Positions 1-10,813 of a DNA stretch of 64,000 nt are shown in pieces. The first letter of the stretch is position 1; the number at the start of each line of letters is the position of its first letter. A program made the position numbers and the translations under genes. The DNA comes from Desulfomonilia bacterium. GTDB taxonomy: Bacteria > Desulfobacterota > Desulfomonilia > UBA1062. A model generated the notes under the pieces. It worked only from the letters and a program-made list of their open reading frames with translations, was not told the DNA's origin and did not search any database. The DNA is taken from positions 960,001 to 1,024,000 of the forward strand of contig CAXXDQ010000007.1 in assembly GCA_963664325.2 (NCBI GenBank). Direction: 5' to 3'.

Positions 1-21
1 ACCACAACACACAATATCTGC

Positions 22-618
22 CTAAGCATCTTTACCTCCTGTAACAAAGTCCATGATTCCGGAAATGTATTCAGTAGGAACCTTTTTTAAAATACCCATC
101 AGCCAATCATTTGCAATAGAATCCAGCGTCCCAACAATCATAAGCGTCATCAGGTCTATATCGATATTTTTATTGGTTTCATGCGATTGTGAAAGTATTT
201 CTTTCAGCATCCCGATGTTTTCCTTATAAACATCCCTCAGGCGCATAACAATCTGTGGGGTTATATCCGGTATGGGAAAATAGAATATTTCCATTATAAG
301 ACGCTGGAGATCAGGCTGTTTTTCCACCCAGTCAAGCCTGTATTCAATGAACGCAACCAGCCTGTCATGCCATTTGTTTTTCCCTGTCAGGGATTCCTTC
401 AATCCGGTATTGAAAGTCTCGATACCCTCAATGATTACCTCTGAAAAAAGACCCTGTTTGTTCGGAAAATAGTGATAAATAGTGCCCATTCCGAATTCTG
501 CGACACCGGCTATCTGTGACATTGTAGCATTGAAGTAACCATCCCGGGCGAATACTTTTCTTGCTGCCTCAAGGATAGTCTTCCTTCTAAGTTGTCTCTC
601 CCGTTCCTTCCTCATCAT
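22..618 (-). CDS. TetR/AcrR family transcriptional regulator
   Basis: N-terminal TetR HTH (ILEAARKVFARDGYFNATMSQIAGVAEFGMGTIYHYF). Confidence 0.93.
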   Translation of the reverse strand: MMRKERERQLRRKTILEAARKVFARDGYFNATMSQIAGVAEFGMGTIYHYFPNKQGLFSEVIIEGIETFNTGLKESLTGKNKWHDRLVAFIEYRLDWVEKQPDLQRLIMEIFYFPIPDITPQIVMRLRDVYKENIGMLKEILSQSHETNKNIDIDLMTLMIVGTLDSIANDWLMGILKKVPTEYISGIMDFVTGGKDA

Positions 619-621
619 AAA

Positions 622-685
622 GTAGAATCCATATTCGAACGTAGAATCAGTATTCCAATCTAATGTAAATATTCAATGAAGTCAA
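622..685 (-). promoter_or_regulatory. sigma70-type promoter with two GAAT-N4-ATTC candidate operators
   Basis: Minus strand TTGACT-17bp-TAGATT; repeats GTAGAATCcaTATTC (622-636) and GTAGAATCagTATTC (641-655). Confidence 0.55.
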
Positions 686-868
686 TAAGAAACATAAGGT
701 TACAGTTATCGAAAATGTCGAGATTTATTAAAAGCCGCAGGATTTTCTTTTTTGCCTGGAGACAGGATTCGATTCAGCTCCTAGTCTGTGAAGGTTTAAA
801 CTCTTTTATGTTAAAGGATTTTGTCTGTTTCGCCGAAAGCTCTCATATATTGCCAAGGGGAGGCATGC

Positions 869-2740
869 ATGAATGCAAGGATAGCCGGTGAGTATAGCAA
901 AAAGCTTGTAACTGCAGAAAAGGCAGTTGATACGATATCACAGGGAAAGAGGGTTTTTGTCGGCTCATACTGCGGGGAGCCGCAACATCTTGTCTCGACG
1001 CTTATAAAAAACACGCACAATTTCTTTGATGTTGAGCTGATAAGATTCCTCAATCTTGAAGGCTCGCTCATGGGACTTGTTGCCGAAGAGACCAAGGGAA
1101 GAAGCTATCATGTCAGGTCAATATATCAGGGTTCCGGAATGCTTACAGGGCTTTCAGCGGCAAAGCGCTTCTTAACGCCAATAAACCTATATATGGTGCC
1201 CCAGCTTTTCTTAAAAAAGCATATCCCTATCCATTATGCATTAATCCAGGTCAGCCCGCCTGACGAATTCGGCTGGGTAAACCTTGGGATATCAGTAGAT
1301 ATTACGCTGGCGGCGGCACAGGCTGCCGATATAGTAATAGCACAGATAAACAAAAATATGCCCAGGATCCCCGGTTACGGCATGCTTCATGTCGATGACC
1401 TGGACTATATTGTCGAACACGATGAGGAACTTCTCACAACCTATCCAACACCTGATTTGACCGGTATGGAAAATATTGCAAGGCACCTCTCAAATCTTGT
1501 TGATGACGGATCGACAATCCAGCTCGGTCCGGGTCTTCCAGGAGGGCTTGTCGAGCTTGCCCTGGAAAATAAAAACGACCTCGGGATACACAGCCAGTTT
1601 ATCCTCGATTCCATGCTGGCCCTATGTAAAAAGGGCGTCATAACGAATCGCATAAAAGGATTCAACGACGGCAAAATGGTCGCATCGGGCGCCATAGGCC
1701 CGGAAGAACTTTACAGGTTTCTTGACATGAATCCCATGGTTGAATTCAGGCCGAGTGATTATGTAAGCAACCCGCGCATAATAGCAAAACATAACAAAAT
1801 GGTGTCCATCAACCTTGCTTCCACAATAGATCTTAAAGGCCAGGTTTCCGCTGACGGTATGCCGCAAAACCATTTTGCGGACGCCGCGGGCATGGTTGAT
1901 TTCTCGAGAGGCGCTTCGATGGCCGACGGTGGTAAAACAATAATGATCATACCGTCGGTGTCAGCTGACGAGAGCCTGAGCAACATCATCACTGAGATTT
2001 GTACAGGAGCTGTCGCCATTACCGCCCCTGATGTAACATATGTCGTAAGTGAATATGGCGTTGTAAATCTTTTCGGTAAAAACATCCAGGAAAGGGCCAT
2101 GGCAATTATCAGCATTTCCCACCCGAAATTCAGGGATGAACTCTTTACCAAAGCCAAGGAGCTCGGGCTCATAAGCCACGAGCGTAATATCAATGAGTCC
2201 ATCAACGGCATCTATCCTGCATGGATGGAAGAAACCATAGAATCAGGCGGGGAAAAAATCACATTCAGACCCGCTAAAACAAGTGACAGCAGGCTCATCC
2301 AGGAACATTTTTATTCAATGGACAAAAAGGATATTTCAAAGCGTTTCTTCGGTTTCAGGATGCATTTTTTCTGGGATGAGCTCAAGAACATGTTTCTTGT
2401 TGACTACAAAAACAAATTCTCCGTGATCGCATATGTGGGAGAAGAGGGTCTTGGCAAGGTTATCGGCGTGGGCATGTACTGCGTTGAGGAAGGCAAAAAT
2501 ATTGCAGAGGTCGCCTACTCTCTTGATGTCGGCTGGCAGGGCAAGGGCATCGCATCAAAGCTTCAGCAGAAAATAGTAGATGCAGCGCGGCATAACGGCA
2601 TTGCAGGCCTCTATGCAATGACATACCCCGACAACAACACCATGATTAAACTTTTCAAAAAATTGCCCTACAAAATATCAAATCGCTATGATGACGGCGC
2701 CCTGATAATGGAGACGCATTTTTCCGAGCCGAAAGAATAA
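869..2740 (+). CDS. Acetyl-CoA hydrolase/CoA-transferase fused to C-terminal GNAT acetyltransferase
   Basis: ALIQVSPPDEFG, NLGISVD and YVVSEYG..NLFGKNIQERA motifs; C-terminal AEVAYS..WQGKGIAS GNAT motif; GGAGG before ATG 869. Confidence 0.88.
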   Translation: MNARIAGEYSKKLVTAEKAVDTISQGKRVFVGSYCGEPQHLVSTLIKNTHNFFDVELIRFLNLEGSLMGLVAEETKGRSYHVRSIYQGSGMLTGLSAAKRFLTPINLYMVPQLFLKKHIPIHYALIQVSPPDEFGWVNLGISVDITLAAAQAADIVIAQINKNMPRIPGYGMLHVDDLDYIVEHDEELLTTYPTPDLTGMENIARHLSNLVDDGSTIQLGPGLPGGLVELALENKNDLGIHSQFILDSMLALCKKGVITNRIKGFNDGKMVASGAIGPEELYRFLDMNPMVEFRPSDYVSNPRIIAKHNKMVSINLASTIDLKGQVSADGMPQNHFADAAGMVDFSRGASMADGGKTIMIIPSVSADESLSNIITEICTGAVAITAPDVTYVVSEYGVVNLFGKNIQERAMAIISISHPKFRDELFTKAKELGLISHERNINESINGIYPAWMEETIESGGEKITFRPAKTSDSRLIQEHFYSMDKKDISKRFFGFRMHFFWDELKNMFLVDYKNKFSVIAYVGEEGLGKVIGVGMYCVEEGKNIAEVAYSLDVGWQGKGIASKLQQKIVDAARHNGIAGLYAMTYPDNNTMIKLFKKLPYKISNRYDDGALIMETHFSEPKE

Positions 2741-2759
2741 ACCCAGGAGGAATATAAGA

Positions 2760-3110
2760 ATGGAAATTTCAGTTGAAAACTTATCCCCCAGGATCAGGAT
2801 TCTATCAGTGAGTGGCAGGGTTGATGCCATAACCGCCCCTGAAATGGAAAAGGTCGTGACAAATTCCTTTGCAGAACCGAGATCTGCCTGCATCCTCAAC
2901 CTCTCAGGGGTAGATTATATGAGCAGTGCAGGCATCCGAGTATTGGTTCTGGGCTCCAAAACAGCCGTTTCCACAGACGGGCTGTTCTATGTATCAAGCC
3001 TTCAGGAGGGCGTAAAAAAGGTCCTGGAAATTGTCGGTTTTCTCCCCCTGCTTGATGTTTTTGCCGATGTATCTCTTGCAAAGGATTCCGCTGCAAAGAA
3101 ATTGGCATAG
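2760..3110 (+). CDS. STAS-domain anti-sigma factor antagonist
   Basis: GRVDA...LNLSGVDYMSSAGIRVL phosphoacceptor motif. Confidence 0.93.
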   Translation: MEISVENLSPRIRILSVSGRVDAITAPEMEKVVTNSFAEPRSACILNLSGVDYMSSAGIRVLVLGSKTAVSTDGLFYVSSLQEGVKKVLEIVGFLPLLDVFADVSLAKDSAAKKLA

Positions 3111-3145
3111 CACTGACAATGGGGGAATAAATACCGGGAAAAGAG

Positions 3146-5495
3146 ATGTTCAATAAATTTTCCAAGAGCCTCACTACCAAGCTGGTGATACAGATATCCA
3201 GTACGGTCCTTATTATTTATACTATTGTATTTTCTTATAACTACATGGAATCCAGGAAACAGATTTCAGCCTATGCAGAGATGCATTGCAGGAGAGTTGC
3301 AGAAAGCACGGCAAGCCTCATCGAGTCAACCATGCATGAATCGGAAAGGTCTGCCATAGACTCGATTCCGGTTTTACTGAACAACATAGATGATTCAGTA
3401 CTTATTAAAACCCTGATTGAAATGATTATCAGGCAGAACCAGGGTCTCGTAGGTGCCATACTCATTACAGAAGAATCAGGCAAATCAGGAAAGCTTTCCG
3501 AAATACATATGCACAGATCGCCTCGCGGTATAGAACTGATAAATACAGATATTCTTAAAGAAGGTTCCTTCTACCGCAACTCATATGAAACCGTCAGAAA
3601 GTCACAGAAACCCTTTTGGAGCAACCCCATGATAGAACCTGATCTTGATTATCCCGAGATAGTTTTCACAATGCCCATGTTCAGTGAACAGGTCGGCAGG
3701 AAAGTGTTCAAAGGGGTTTTCCTTATCGAGGTCTCTCTTCTGAACATCTCTGAAATCGTATCAAACGTTAAGGTTTTCAATACCGGATACTGCTTCATCA
3801 TATCAGGTGACGGCACGTTCATAGCACATCCTTTTACTGACAGAATCGCACGCGAAACCATCTTCCAGCTTGCAAGCGAATTTCACAACCCGTCGGCTGC
3901 CGTTATAGGCACGCATATGATCAGGGGGGAGACGGGGTTTTCGGTTTTCGACAGTATCGTCCTGAAAGAAAGCAGTTTTATATATTATGTCCCCATACTC
4001 GAATATGGCTGGTCGCTGGCAGTCCTGTGTGCTCAATCCGACATGTTCAGCGGGATGAAGAAGCTTTCGAAAAGCCTTGTTATGCTTGCCCTGGCAGGGC
4101 TGCTGATACTCTTTATGTTCGTAGCGTTCATATCGGGAAGGATAACCAGGCCGCTAAGGGGTCTTGCTGCTGCAGCCTATGCAATAGGCAAAGGAGACCT
4201 TGACTACAACATACCCAGGATAAACATAAAAGATGAAGTCGGCGTGCTGACAAACGTATTTTCGGATATGTTGGAATCCCTGAAAAACCAGATAGCCATA
4301 CTCACTGAAACCACTGCCGCAAAAGAGCGTATTGAAAGAGAGCTGCAGATTGCACATGAGGTCCAGATGAGCATACTGCCGGGGCTTGACTCAATTCAGA
4401 GGTCCAGTGAATTCGATCTGTTCGCCTCCATGGTTCCGGCCAGGGAAGTCGGCGGAGACATGTATGATTTTTTCATGACCGACGAGAATTCCCTGTGGCT
4501 TATCATTGGAGACGTATCAGGGAAAGGCATCCCAGCGGCCTTTTACATGGCGCTGACAAAAACGATGCTTCACATGTCGGCTCTTTCAAATTCAACTCCC
4601 GGCGAAGTCCTGACATCGGTGAATAATGAACTCTGCAGAAACAACCCGTATTCCATGTTCGTTACAATCTTTATTGCCCGCTTGAATATAAAAACCGGAG
4701 TTATCCTGTACTCCAATGCAGGCCACAATCCTCCGGTAATCGTGCAGGAAAAAGGCGGGCTTTTATTTGTGGATGAAAGGATGGGTCCCTGCGTGCGGTT
4801 TGAAGCATGGAATAAAATACGGGACCAGGAGAACCAGGTTATTGAAGGGGAATACTCTTTTCATGTTTACAGACGGCGTAACGGAAAGTATTGATATTCA
4901 TGGAAGCCTGTTCACTGAAGAAGGGCTCAATAAAGTGCTCATGAACGCCGCTGATATGAATCCCGGGGAAATTATTTCAGGGATCATGCAAAAGATTGAG
5001 GGTTTTGCCAAAGATATGCCACAGAATGATGATATTACGATGCTGGCGGTTAAATATAACGGCATGGAATCCGAAACTTTTCATGCCAAAAACGCCCACA
5101 TCAATATTGAAAATAAACCTGATAATATTGAAAGGATCCATGCATTTATTTCCGATTTCATCAAGTCATGCGGCATCGGGGAACCCGCTGTTAATAACCT
5201 TGATCTTATCATTGAAGAGCTGTTCATCAACATATGCAGATACGCCTATTCTGACGACAAGGCTCATAATGTATATATATCTCTTTCCTTTGACGGTTCT
5301 GATATAACATTTTCTCTGGAAGATGACGGCCTTGAGTTCAATCCGCTCACCTATAACCCTCAGCCTTATTCGTGCTCTATTGATCAAACACAGGTCGGCG
5401 GACAGGGCATAAGGATTGTCAACAGCCTGTCTGAGTCGATAAGTTATCAGTACAGAAACGGGAAAAATATTATTACTGGGAAAATGAAACCCTGA
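3146..5495 (+). pseudogene. Cache-HAMP-SpoIIE(PP2C) phosphatase-HATPase fusion split by a +1 frameshift near 4787-4790 (possibly an assembly error)
   Basis: ORF 3146-4894 has TM/Cache/HAMP plus VGGDMYD, GDVSGKG, NAGH motifs; ORF 4767-5495 supplies FTDGVTE, DDIT and HATPase (EELFIN, DDG, GGQG). Removing one C from GGTCCCTGCG gives a continuous 782-aa frame. Confidence 0.85.
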
Positions 5496-5560
5496 TTAAC
5501 CGGATATTGCCAAAGCTGTATTGAATGTATCTAAGAAGAAATCCTGGTGCAGATAATAAA

Positions 5561-5584
5561 CGGGACGGCCCGTCGGCCGTCCCG
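5561..5584 (-). terminator. Rho-independent terminator of the cold-shock gene
   Basis: CGGGACGGCC-cgtc-GGCCGTCCCG hairpin followed by TTTATT on the minus strand. Confidence 0.7.
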
Positions 5585-5591
5585 GGTTTAA

Positions 5592-5792
5592 TCAGACTTT
5601 GACGACGTTCGAAGCCTGGGGGCCTTTCTGCCCCTGGACTACATCATACTTGACCCTGTCACCTTCCTGGAGCGTTTTGAATCCTTCCTGATTCAGCGAT
5701 GAAAAATGTACAAATACATCTGTTCCATCATCTTGTGTAATAAAACCAAACCCCTTTTTCTCATTAAACCATTTTACTGTTCCCTGCGCCAT
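5592..5792 (-). CDS. Cold-shock protein (CspA family)
   Basis: [15 protein letters not shown] and VFVHFS RNP motifs; GGAGG RBS. Confidence 0.98.
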   Translation of the reverse strand: MAQGTVKWFNEKKGFGFITQDDGTDVFVHFSSLNQEGFKTLQEGDRVKYDVVQGQKGPQASNVVKV

Positions 5793-6035
5793 TAAAACAC
5801 CTCCGTTTAACGACCCCTAAGTCTGGCAAAACATCAGGGCCTTTTGTTTTGTTTCTGGAACATGATTACTTTGCGCAACCTCAGGAAAAACTACTTTTTG
5901 GGTTTTACTGTGGTTCATGCCGATAATCCTTCCAGTTGGAGAATAATAAAATAGCAACTCCATTTTAATGTCAAGCTAAATGAAGAAGGATTTATAAATT
6001 TTACAGTGTAAACTTTTTATGCAACAATATGCCGG

Positions 6036-8030
6036 ATGAATTTCAAACTCATATCAGACTATAAACCCAGCGGCGACCAGCCTGGAGCAATCGATACCCT
6101 TTGTGAAGGCATAGAAAAAGGCGTGCGCGACCAGGTCCTTCTTGGAGTGACCGGGTCCGGCAAGACATTTACAATGGCCTGCGTAATCGAACGCATGAAC
6201 AGACCCTCCCTTGTCATTGCGCCCAACAAGATACTGGCCGCGCAGCTCTACGGGGAATTCAGGGAACTCTTTCCCGATAACGCCGTTGAATATTTCGTCA
6301 GCTACTATGATTATTACCAGCCAGAGGCCTATGTCCCTGCGCGCGACCTGTACATAGAGAAGGATTCGGACGTAAACGAAGATATAGACAAACTCAGGCA
6401 CAGGGCGACCCGGGCTCTTTTCGAGCGGGAGGACTGCATCATCGTGGCGTCCGTATCATGCATCTACGGCCTCGGCTCGCCCGAGGCCTATTCCGGGATG
6501 CTGCTCTTTCTGGAAGAAGGCCGTGATACAGGCCGCGAAACGATTTTGAAGAAGCTCGTCGAAATCCAGTACGAACGCGGCAATTTTGATTTTCACCGCG
6601 GTTCCTTCAGGGTTCGCGGTGATACGATCGACATCTACCCCGTTCATGAAGAGGAAAAGGCCATCCGTGTCGAGCTGATGGGTGATTCCATCGAAACCAT
6701 ATGGGAGATAGACGCGCTGAAAGGTTCAAAAATCAGAAGGCTTTCCCATTTCCCCATATATCCCGCCTCGCACTACGTAACGCCCGAAAGCCAGATGAAG
6801 AATGCAATAAATACCATCAGGGACGAACTCGCGGACAGGCTTGATTTCTTCAGGGCCGAAAACAGGCTCGTGGAGGCGCAGAGGCTCGAGGAGCGCACGC
6901 GCTATGACCTCGAGCTGCTCATGGAAACGGGCATCTGCAAAGGGATCGAGAATTACTCCCGGCACCTGACTGGCAGGAAAGAAGGTGATCCGCCGCCAAC
7001 CCTGATGGACTACCTGCCTAGAAACAGCCTCGTGTTCCTCGATGAATCGCATGTCGGCGTCCCGCAGCTGATAGGCATGTACAGGGGCGACCATAAGAGG
7101 AAGTCAACCCTTGTGGAATACGGTTTCAGGCTGCCTTCCGCCCTGGACAACAGACCGCTCAGATTCGACGAATTCAACGGCCTCGTGAATAAAATAATAT
7201 ATGTCTCGGCCACCCCCAGCGACTATGAGCTCAAGCAGACAAAAGGCAAGGTTGTCGAGCAGGTGGTAAGGCCCACCGGACTTGTCGATCCGCTGATAGA
7301 AGTCAGGAAGGCCGCCACACAGATTGACGACCTCTGCGCAGAGACGGCAAAGGTCACGGGCGAAGGAGGCCGGGTTCTTGTAACAACGCTTACAAAGCGC
7401 ATGTCAGAGGAGCTGACAGACTATCTTTCAAGCCTTGACGTCAAAGCAAGATACATGCACTCGGACATTGACACGCTCGAACGGATCGAACTGGTGAACG
7501 GGCTGCGCGAGGGCAAATTCGACGTACTTGTGGGCATAAACCTCCTGCGCGAAGGGCTGGACCTTCCCGAGGTCGAGCTCGTTGCCATACTCGATGCGGA
7601 CAAGGAAGGTTTCCTGCGCTCCGAGCGCTCGCTTGTCCAGACCTCGGGCCGGGCCGCCAGAAACATAAAGGGCCGCGTCATATTTTATGCGGACAAGGTA
7701 ACCGGCTCGATGGAAAGGGCCATGAACGAGACGCAGCGCCGACGCGAAAAGCAGCTCCTTTACAATAAGGAGCACGGCATAACGCCCAGGAGCATCCAGA
7801 AAGACATACGTGATATCCTTTCATCGATCTATGAACGGGACTATGCCGACATGAGCGCTGAGGTCAAGACCTCCGAAGGGACTGTCAGTATAAGGCAGAT
7901 TGAAAAGACAATAAAAAAACTGGAAAAGAAAATGACAGAAGCGGCCAAGACGCTGAAGTTTGAAGAAGCCGCAGAATTCCGCGACGAAATAAAAAGGCTA
8001 AAGCGCATCAGGCTCGCGGTCGAAGATTAG
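6036..8030 (+). CDS. uvrB: Excinuclease ABC subunit B
   Basis: [38 protein letters not shown]-terminal UVR motif. Confidence 0.99.
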   Translation: MNFKLISDYKPSGDQPGAIDTLCEGIEKGVRDQVLLGVTGSGKTFTMACVIERMNRPSLVIAPNKILAAQLYGEFRELFPDNAVEYFVSYYDYYQPEAYVPARDLYIEKDSDVNEDIDKLRHRATRALFEREDCIIVASVSCIYGLGSPEAYSGMLLFLEEGRDTGRETILKKLVEIQYERGNFDFHRGSFRVRGDTIDIYPVHEEEKAIRVELMGDSIETIWEIDALKGSKIRRLSHFPIYPASHYVTPESQMKNAINTIRDELADRLDFFRAENRLVEAQRLEERTRYDLELLMETGICKGIENYSRHLTGRKEGDPPPTLMDYLPRNSLVFLDESHVGVPQLIGMYRGDHKRKSTLVEYGFRLPSALDNRPLRFDEFNGLVNKIIYVSATPSDYELKQTKGKVVEQVVRPTGLVDPLIEVRKAATQIDDLCAETAKVTGEGGRVLVTTLTKRMSEELTDYLSSLDVKARYMHSDIDTLERIELVNGLREGKFDVLVGINLLREGLDLPEVELVAILDADKEGFLRSERSLVQTSGRAARNIKGRVIFYADKVTGSMERAMNETQRRREKQLLYNKEHGITPRSIQKDIRDILSSIYERDYADMSAEVKTSEGTVSIRQIEKTIKKLEKKMTEAAKTLKFEEAAEFRDEIKRLKRIRLAVED

Positions 8031-8033
8031 TTT

Positions 8034-8792
8034 ATGATTACATGCGCTCTTCCCGGCTACCGTATCACCGAAAAAGGCAAGGCCAGGCTAATCCTGAAAG
8101 ATTATTTACCGGAGCACATTGTCCCGGCATCGGGCCCTGTCGGCGAACCGTCATCGTTTAAGGGCCGCGGCAATATGCGGCTGCTGGGCGATGATATGAT
8201 CGTAAGGGAGCTTACCCACGGCGGGCTGTTCGGAAAGATGACAGGCCGGCGGTTTCTCGGCACCTCCCGGAGCATCAGGGAATTGAAGATCAGCAGTTAC
8301 CTGAGGCAGAACGGCATCAATACGCCTGAAATTCCGGCCGTCCGTTTTTCAAAAAGCAGGTTGTTTTACACTATCGATGTCATCACCCGGCTGGTGCCTG
8401 ATTCAATCGACCTCCTGACATGGCTTGAAAGTTCCAAGCCCGGACAGAAAGGGGAAACACCCCGGACCGCTCAGAACAGCGGGTCTGACAATTCATTCGC
8501 GAAAGTCTTTTATGAAACCGGAGCCCTTATCCGCAGGATGCACGAGCTGGGCGTATACCATGCGGACCTGCACCTCAAAAACATACTTCTCGACGAGCAG
8601 ATGAATCCGTGGATTCTAGACCTGGACAAGGCCCGGCATATACCCAAACTTCCGACATTCATGCGGCGGATGAATATGAACCGCTTTTTCCGCTCCTGCC
8701 GGAAATGGTCTGACAAGGGAAGAATCCTGCTGCTTCCCGACTACAGGTCAAGCTTCCTCGACGGATATGAAAGCGCCGCTTTCATCAAATGA
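8034..8792 (+). CDS. Lipopolysaccharide kinase (Kdo/WaaP family)
   Basis: HGGLFG, IRRMHELGVYHADLHLKNIL, LDLDKA kinase motifs. Confidence 0.8.
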   Translation: MITCALPGYRITEKGKARLILKDYLPEHIVPASGPVGEPSSFKGRGNMRLLGDDMIVRELTHGGLFGKMTGRRFLGTSRSIRELKISSYLRQNGINTPEIPAVRFSKSRLFYTIDVITRLVPDSIDLLTWLESSKPGQKGETPRTAQNSGSDNSFAKVFYETGALIRRMHELGVYHADLHLKNILLDEQMNPWILDLDKARHIPKLPTFMRRMNMNRFFRSCRKWSDKGRILLLPDYRSSFLDGYESAAFIK

Positions 8793-8822
8793 GCTTTAAG
8801 GCCTGAAGGAAGGCCGCCGGTC

Positions 8823-9581
8823 TCAATCTGCCGGAACTTTCTGTATACGCTTCTTTATGACCTGCCAGCTGTGCGTGAACAAAAAGCTATCGCGGTAACA
8901 CCCCATAAGTCTTTTAAACATGGAATACGGCATTGAAAACGTCAGTTCATCCGGGGCCATGAACGGCCTTGACGATGGGTCGAATCCGCTAATCACCGCG
9001 CGCTCTTTCCCTTCCTCGAGATAGCGCTTTACCCAGGTATACACGCCTGCGCATCCGGCCCCGAACGGAGCTGTTATAGTTTCATTGTCTCCGGCATCAA
9101 ACTGGACAAGGGTAAAAAGACCTGAAAGCACATCCGGAGTTTCAAAAAAGGCAATTACTTCGGGAACCTCATTTTCATCGAGCATATCAAGAGGTTTGAA
9201 TATCCTGAACGGCAGAGGATCGGCCTTAAGTCTTATCAGTTCAAGATACCGGCTTACTATTTCAGGGCTTTTGCAGTATCGCTCGCCTTCAAAAACCCCT
9301 TCCATACCGGTAGAGACAAAAGCGGGAATAAAATCGGTTTCAGCTCCCTCAAGATTGCAGTAAACCCTGCCTCCCGGGCACAGGTTTTCATGGTTCATGA
9401 TTACAACAGGCAGCTTCTTTTTCCTGGCCAACCTTAATATGCCGACAACGCACCTTGAGTTTTTTGGAGTGAGCGCCCCTTCAGGGACAACATCCGTGCT
9501 GAATACAGCAAACGGCATCTCCCTTAGAGACAACGCATCGGCAAACGCCTTTAGCTCTTCAGGATCAATCAGTTTTCCCAT
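8823..9581 (-). CDS. DUF169-family protein
   Basis: CPGG, GERYCKSPE, PDVLSGLFTL, PFGAGC, DPSSR pattern. Confidence 0.75.
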   Translation of the reverse strand: MGKLIDPEELKAFADALSLREMPFAVFSTDVVPEGALTPKNSRCVVGILRLARKKKLPVVIMNHENLCPGGRVYCNLEGAETDFIPAFVSTGMEGVFEGERYCKSPEIVSRYLELIRLKADPLPFRIFKPLDMLDENEVPEVIAFFETPDVLSGLFTLVQFDAGDNETITAPFGAGCAGVYTWVKRYLEEGKERAVISGFDPSSRPFMAPDELTFSMPYSMFKRLMGCYRDSFLFTHSWQVIKKRIQKVPAD

Positions 9582-9605
9582 CCTGTTCTCCTTATCTCTT
9601 ATAGC

Positions 9606-10334
9606 CTAAGCCTTGCTGCAAAGTTCGGTAATGGACGTTCTTACGGCATCGATCAGTTTTTCCTTGTTCTCCAGCGTAAACTGCGAGGCCTCGATGGGTT
9701 TGCCTATGTTAACTTTGACCTCTTTTCCAAGATAGAAGTCCCACGTCTTGGGCGGCAGGATTTCCCCTGAACCGATAATCCCGACCGGAAGTATCGTGGC
9801 GCCCGACTCTATGGCCATTATTATCCCGCCCTTCTTGAATTCCCCGAGTTTGCCGGTTCTCGAGCGTGTTCCCTCAGGCGCGATCCACAGTACGATTCCG
9901 CTCTCCATCTTTTCGCGCGCCGCTTTAAGGTCTCTTTTCGCCTGCTCGAAATCATGCCTGTCAATCGCTATGAATTCGCCGGCTTTCATGCCCTTGCCCC
10001 ATACTGGCACCTTGAACAGCTCCTTTTTGGTCAGCATCCTTATGCTTCCGGGCATGGTCATGATAATCAACGGTATATCATAATGGCTTGAATGGTTGGA
10101 CATTATGATATAGCGCTTTCCCGGTTCAATCTTCGTATTGTACGGGTCGTTCACCGTATACCTGACATCAACCGCGCCAAGGAGTCTGGATGACCACCAT
10201 TTGAGCATCCCATCGCCGAACTTGCGGTCATATGTGTTCGTCAGCTGCTGCCACAGAACCTGGATCGTAATGAAAAGTGTTGCATACAGGCTTGCCGCCA
10301 TTATTCTGATCTTTCTCAATATCCCTGCCTTCAT
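9606..10334 (-). CDS. 1-acyl-sn-glycerol-3-phosphate acyltransferase (PlsC family)
   Basis: NHSSHYD, FIAIDR, APEGTRS motifs. Confidence 0.92.
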   Translation of the reverse strand: MKAGILRKIRIMAASLYATLFITIQVLWQQLTNTYDRKFGDGMLKWWSSRLLGAVDVRYTVNDPYNTKIEPGKRYIIMSNHSSHYDIPLIIMTMPGSIRMLTKKELFKVPVWGKGMKAGEFIAIDRHDFEQAKRDLKAAREKMESGIVLWIAPEGTRSRTGKLGEFKKGGIIMAIESGATILPVGIIGSGEILPPKTWDFYLGKEVKVNIGKPIEASQFTLENKEKLIDAVRTSITELCSKA

Positions 10335-10624
10335 CGGAAATCCGCTCCTCCCTTAATCCTGATATGTAAAGCAATAAAGCATCGCATCCGTTATTAATGT
10401 ATTTTTGTCAAGTTTTATAAGAACCGCGCCATATTTTCACCAGGCTCCCTTCATAAGCCGTCAAGCACGTGGCATCAGTCTTAAAGAACCGCTTAAATGC
10501 GTTCATCAGCAGTTTTGCCGTTCCTCAATCTGAAGAAAAAGATAATGAGAATTGCCCCATTGATGGCGGCTCCTTTGGTCTTGTCAAAGTGATGAAACCG
10601 CTATCGGACAAAGGAGAAACCGGT

Positions 10625-10651
10625 GGCCGGGCTTGAAAAACTGGCCCGGCC
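10625..10651 (-). terminator. GC-rich hairpin downstream of small ORF, possible terminator
   Basis: GGCCGGGC...GCCCGGCC inverted repeat; U-tract is weak. Confidence 0.4.
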
Positions 10652-10663
10652 TTGTTGAAAATC

Positions 10664-10801
10664 TCACACGAAATATCTGGGTATAAGGTAGGGAACCTGT
10701 TTTATAAGGTCTTTATAAAATCTCTTCTTGGAATCTGTCAGCTTAGACCAGCAAACTGCACCGGCGGCCAATGCTGCAGCACAAATGAGTTTTTTCTTCA
10801 T
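10664..10801 (-). CDS. 45-aa small protein not in the ORF track (MKKKLICAAALAAGAVCWSKLTDSKKRFYKDLIKQVPYLIPRYFV)
   Basis: AAGGAGGTG Shine-Dalgarno overlapping the upstream stop; basic N-terminus followed by a hydrophobic stretch. Confidence 0.7.
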   Translation of the reverse strand: MKKKLICAAALAAGAVCWSKLTDSKKRFYKDLIKQVPYLIPRYFV

Positions 10802-10813
10802 CTTTCACCTCCT

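Noticed and set aside
5561-5584. CGGGACGGC stem shared with the hairpin at 57191-57219 as a REP family
   Set aside because: Only two short copies, both in terminator positions; not enough to call a family
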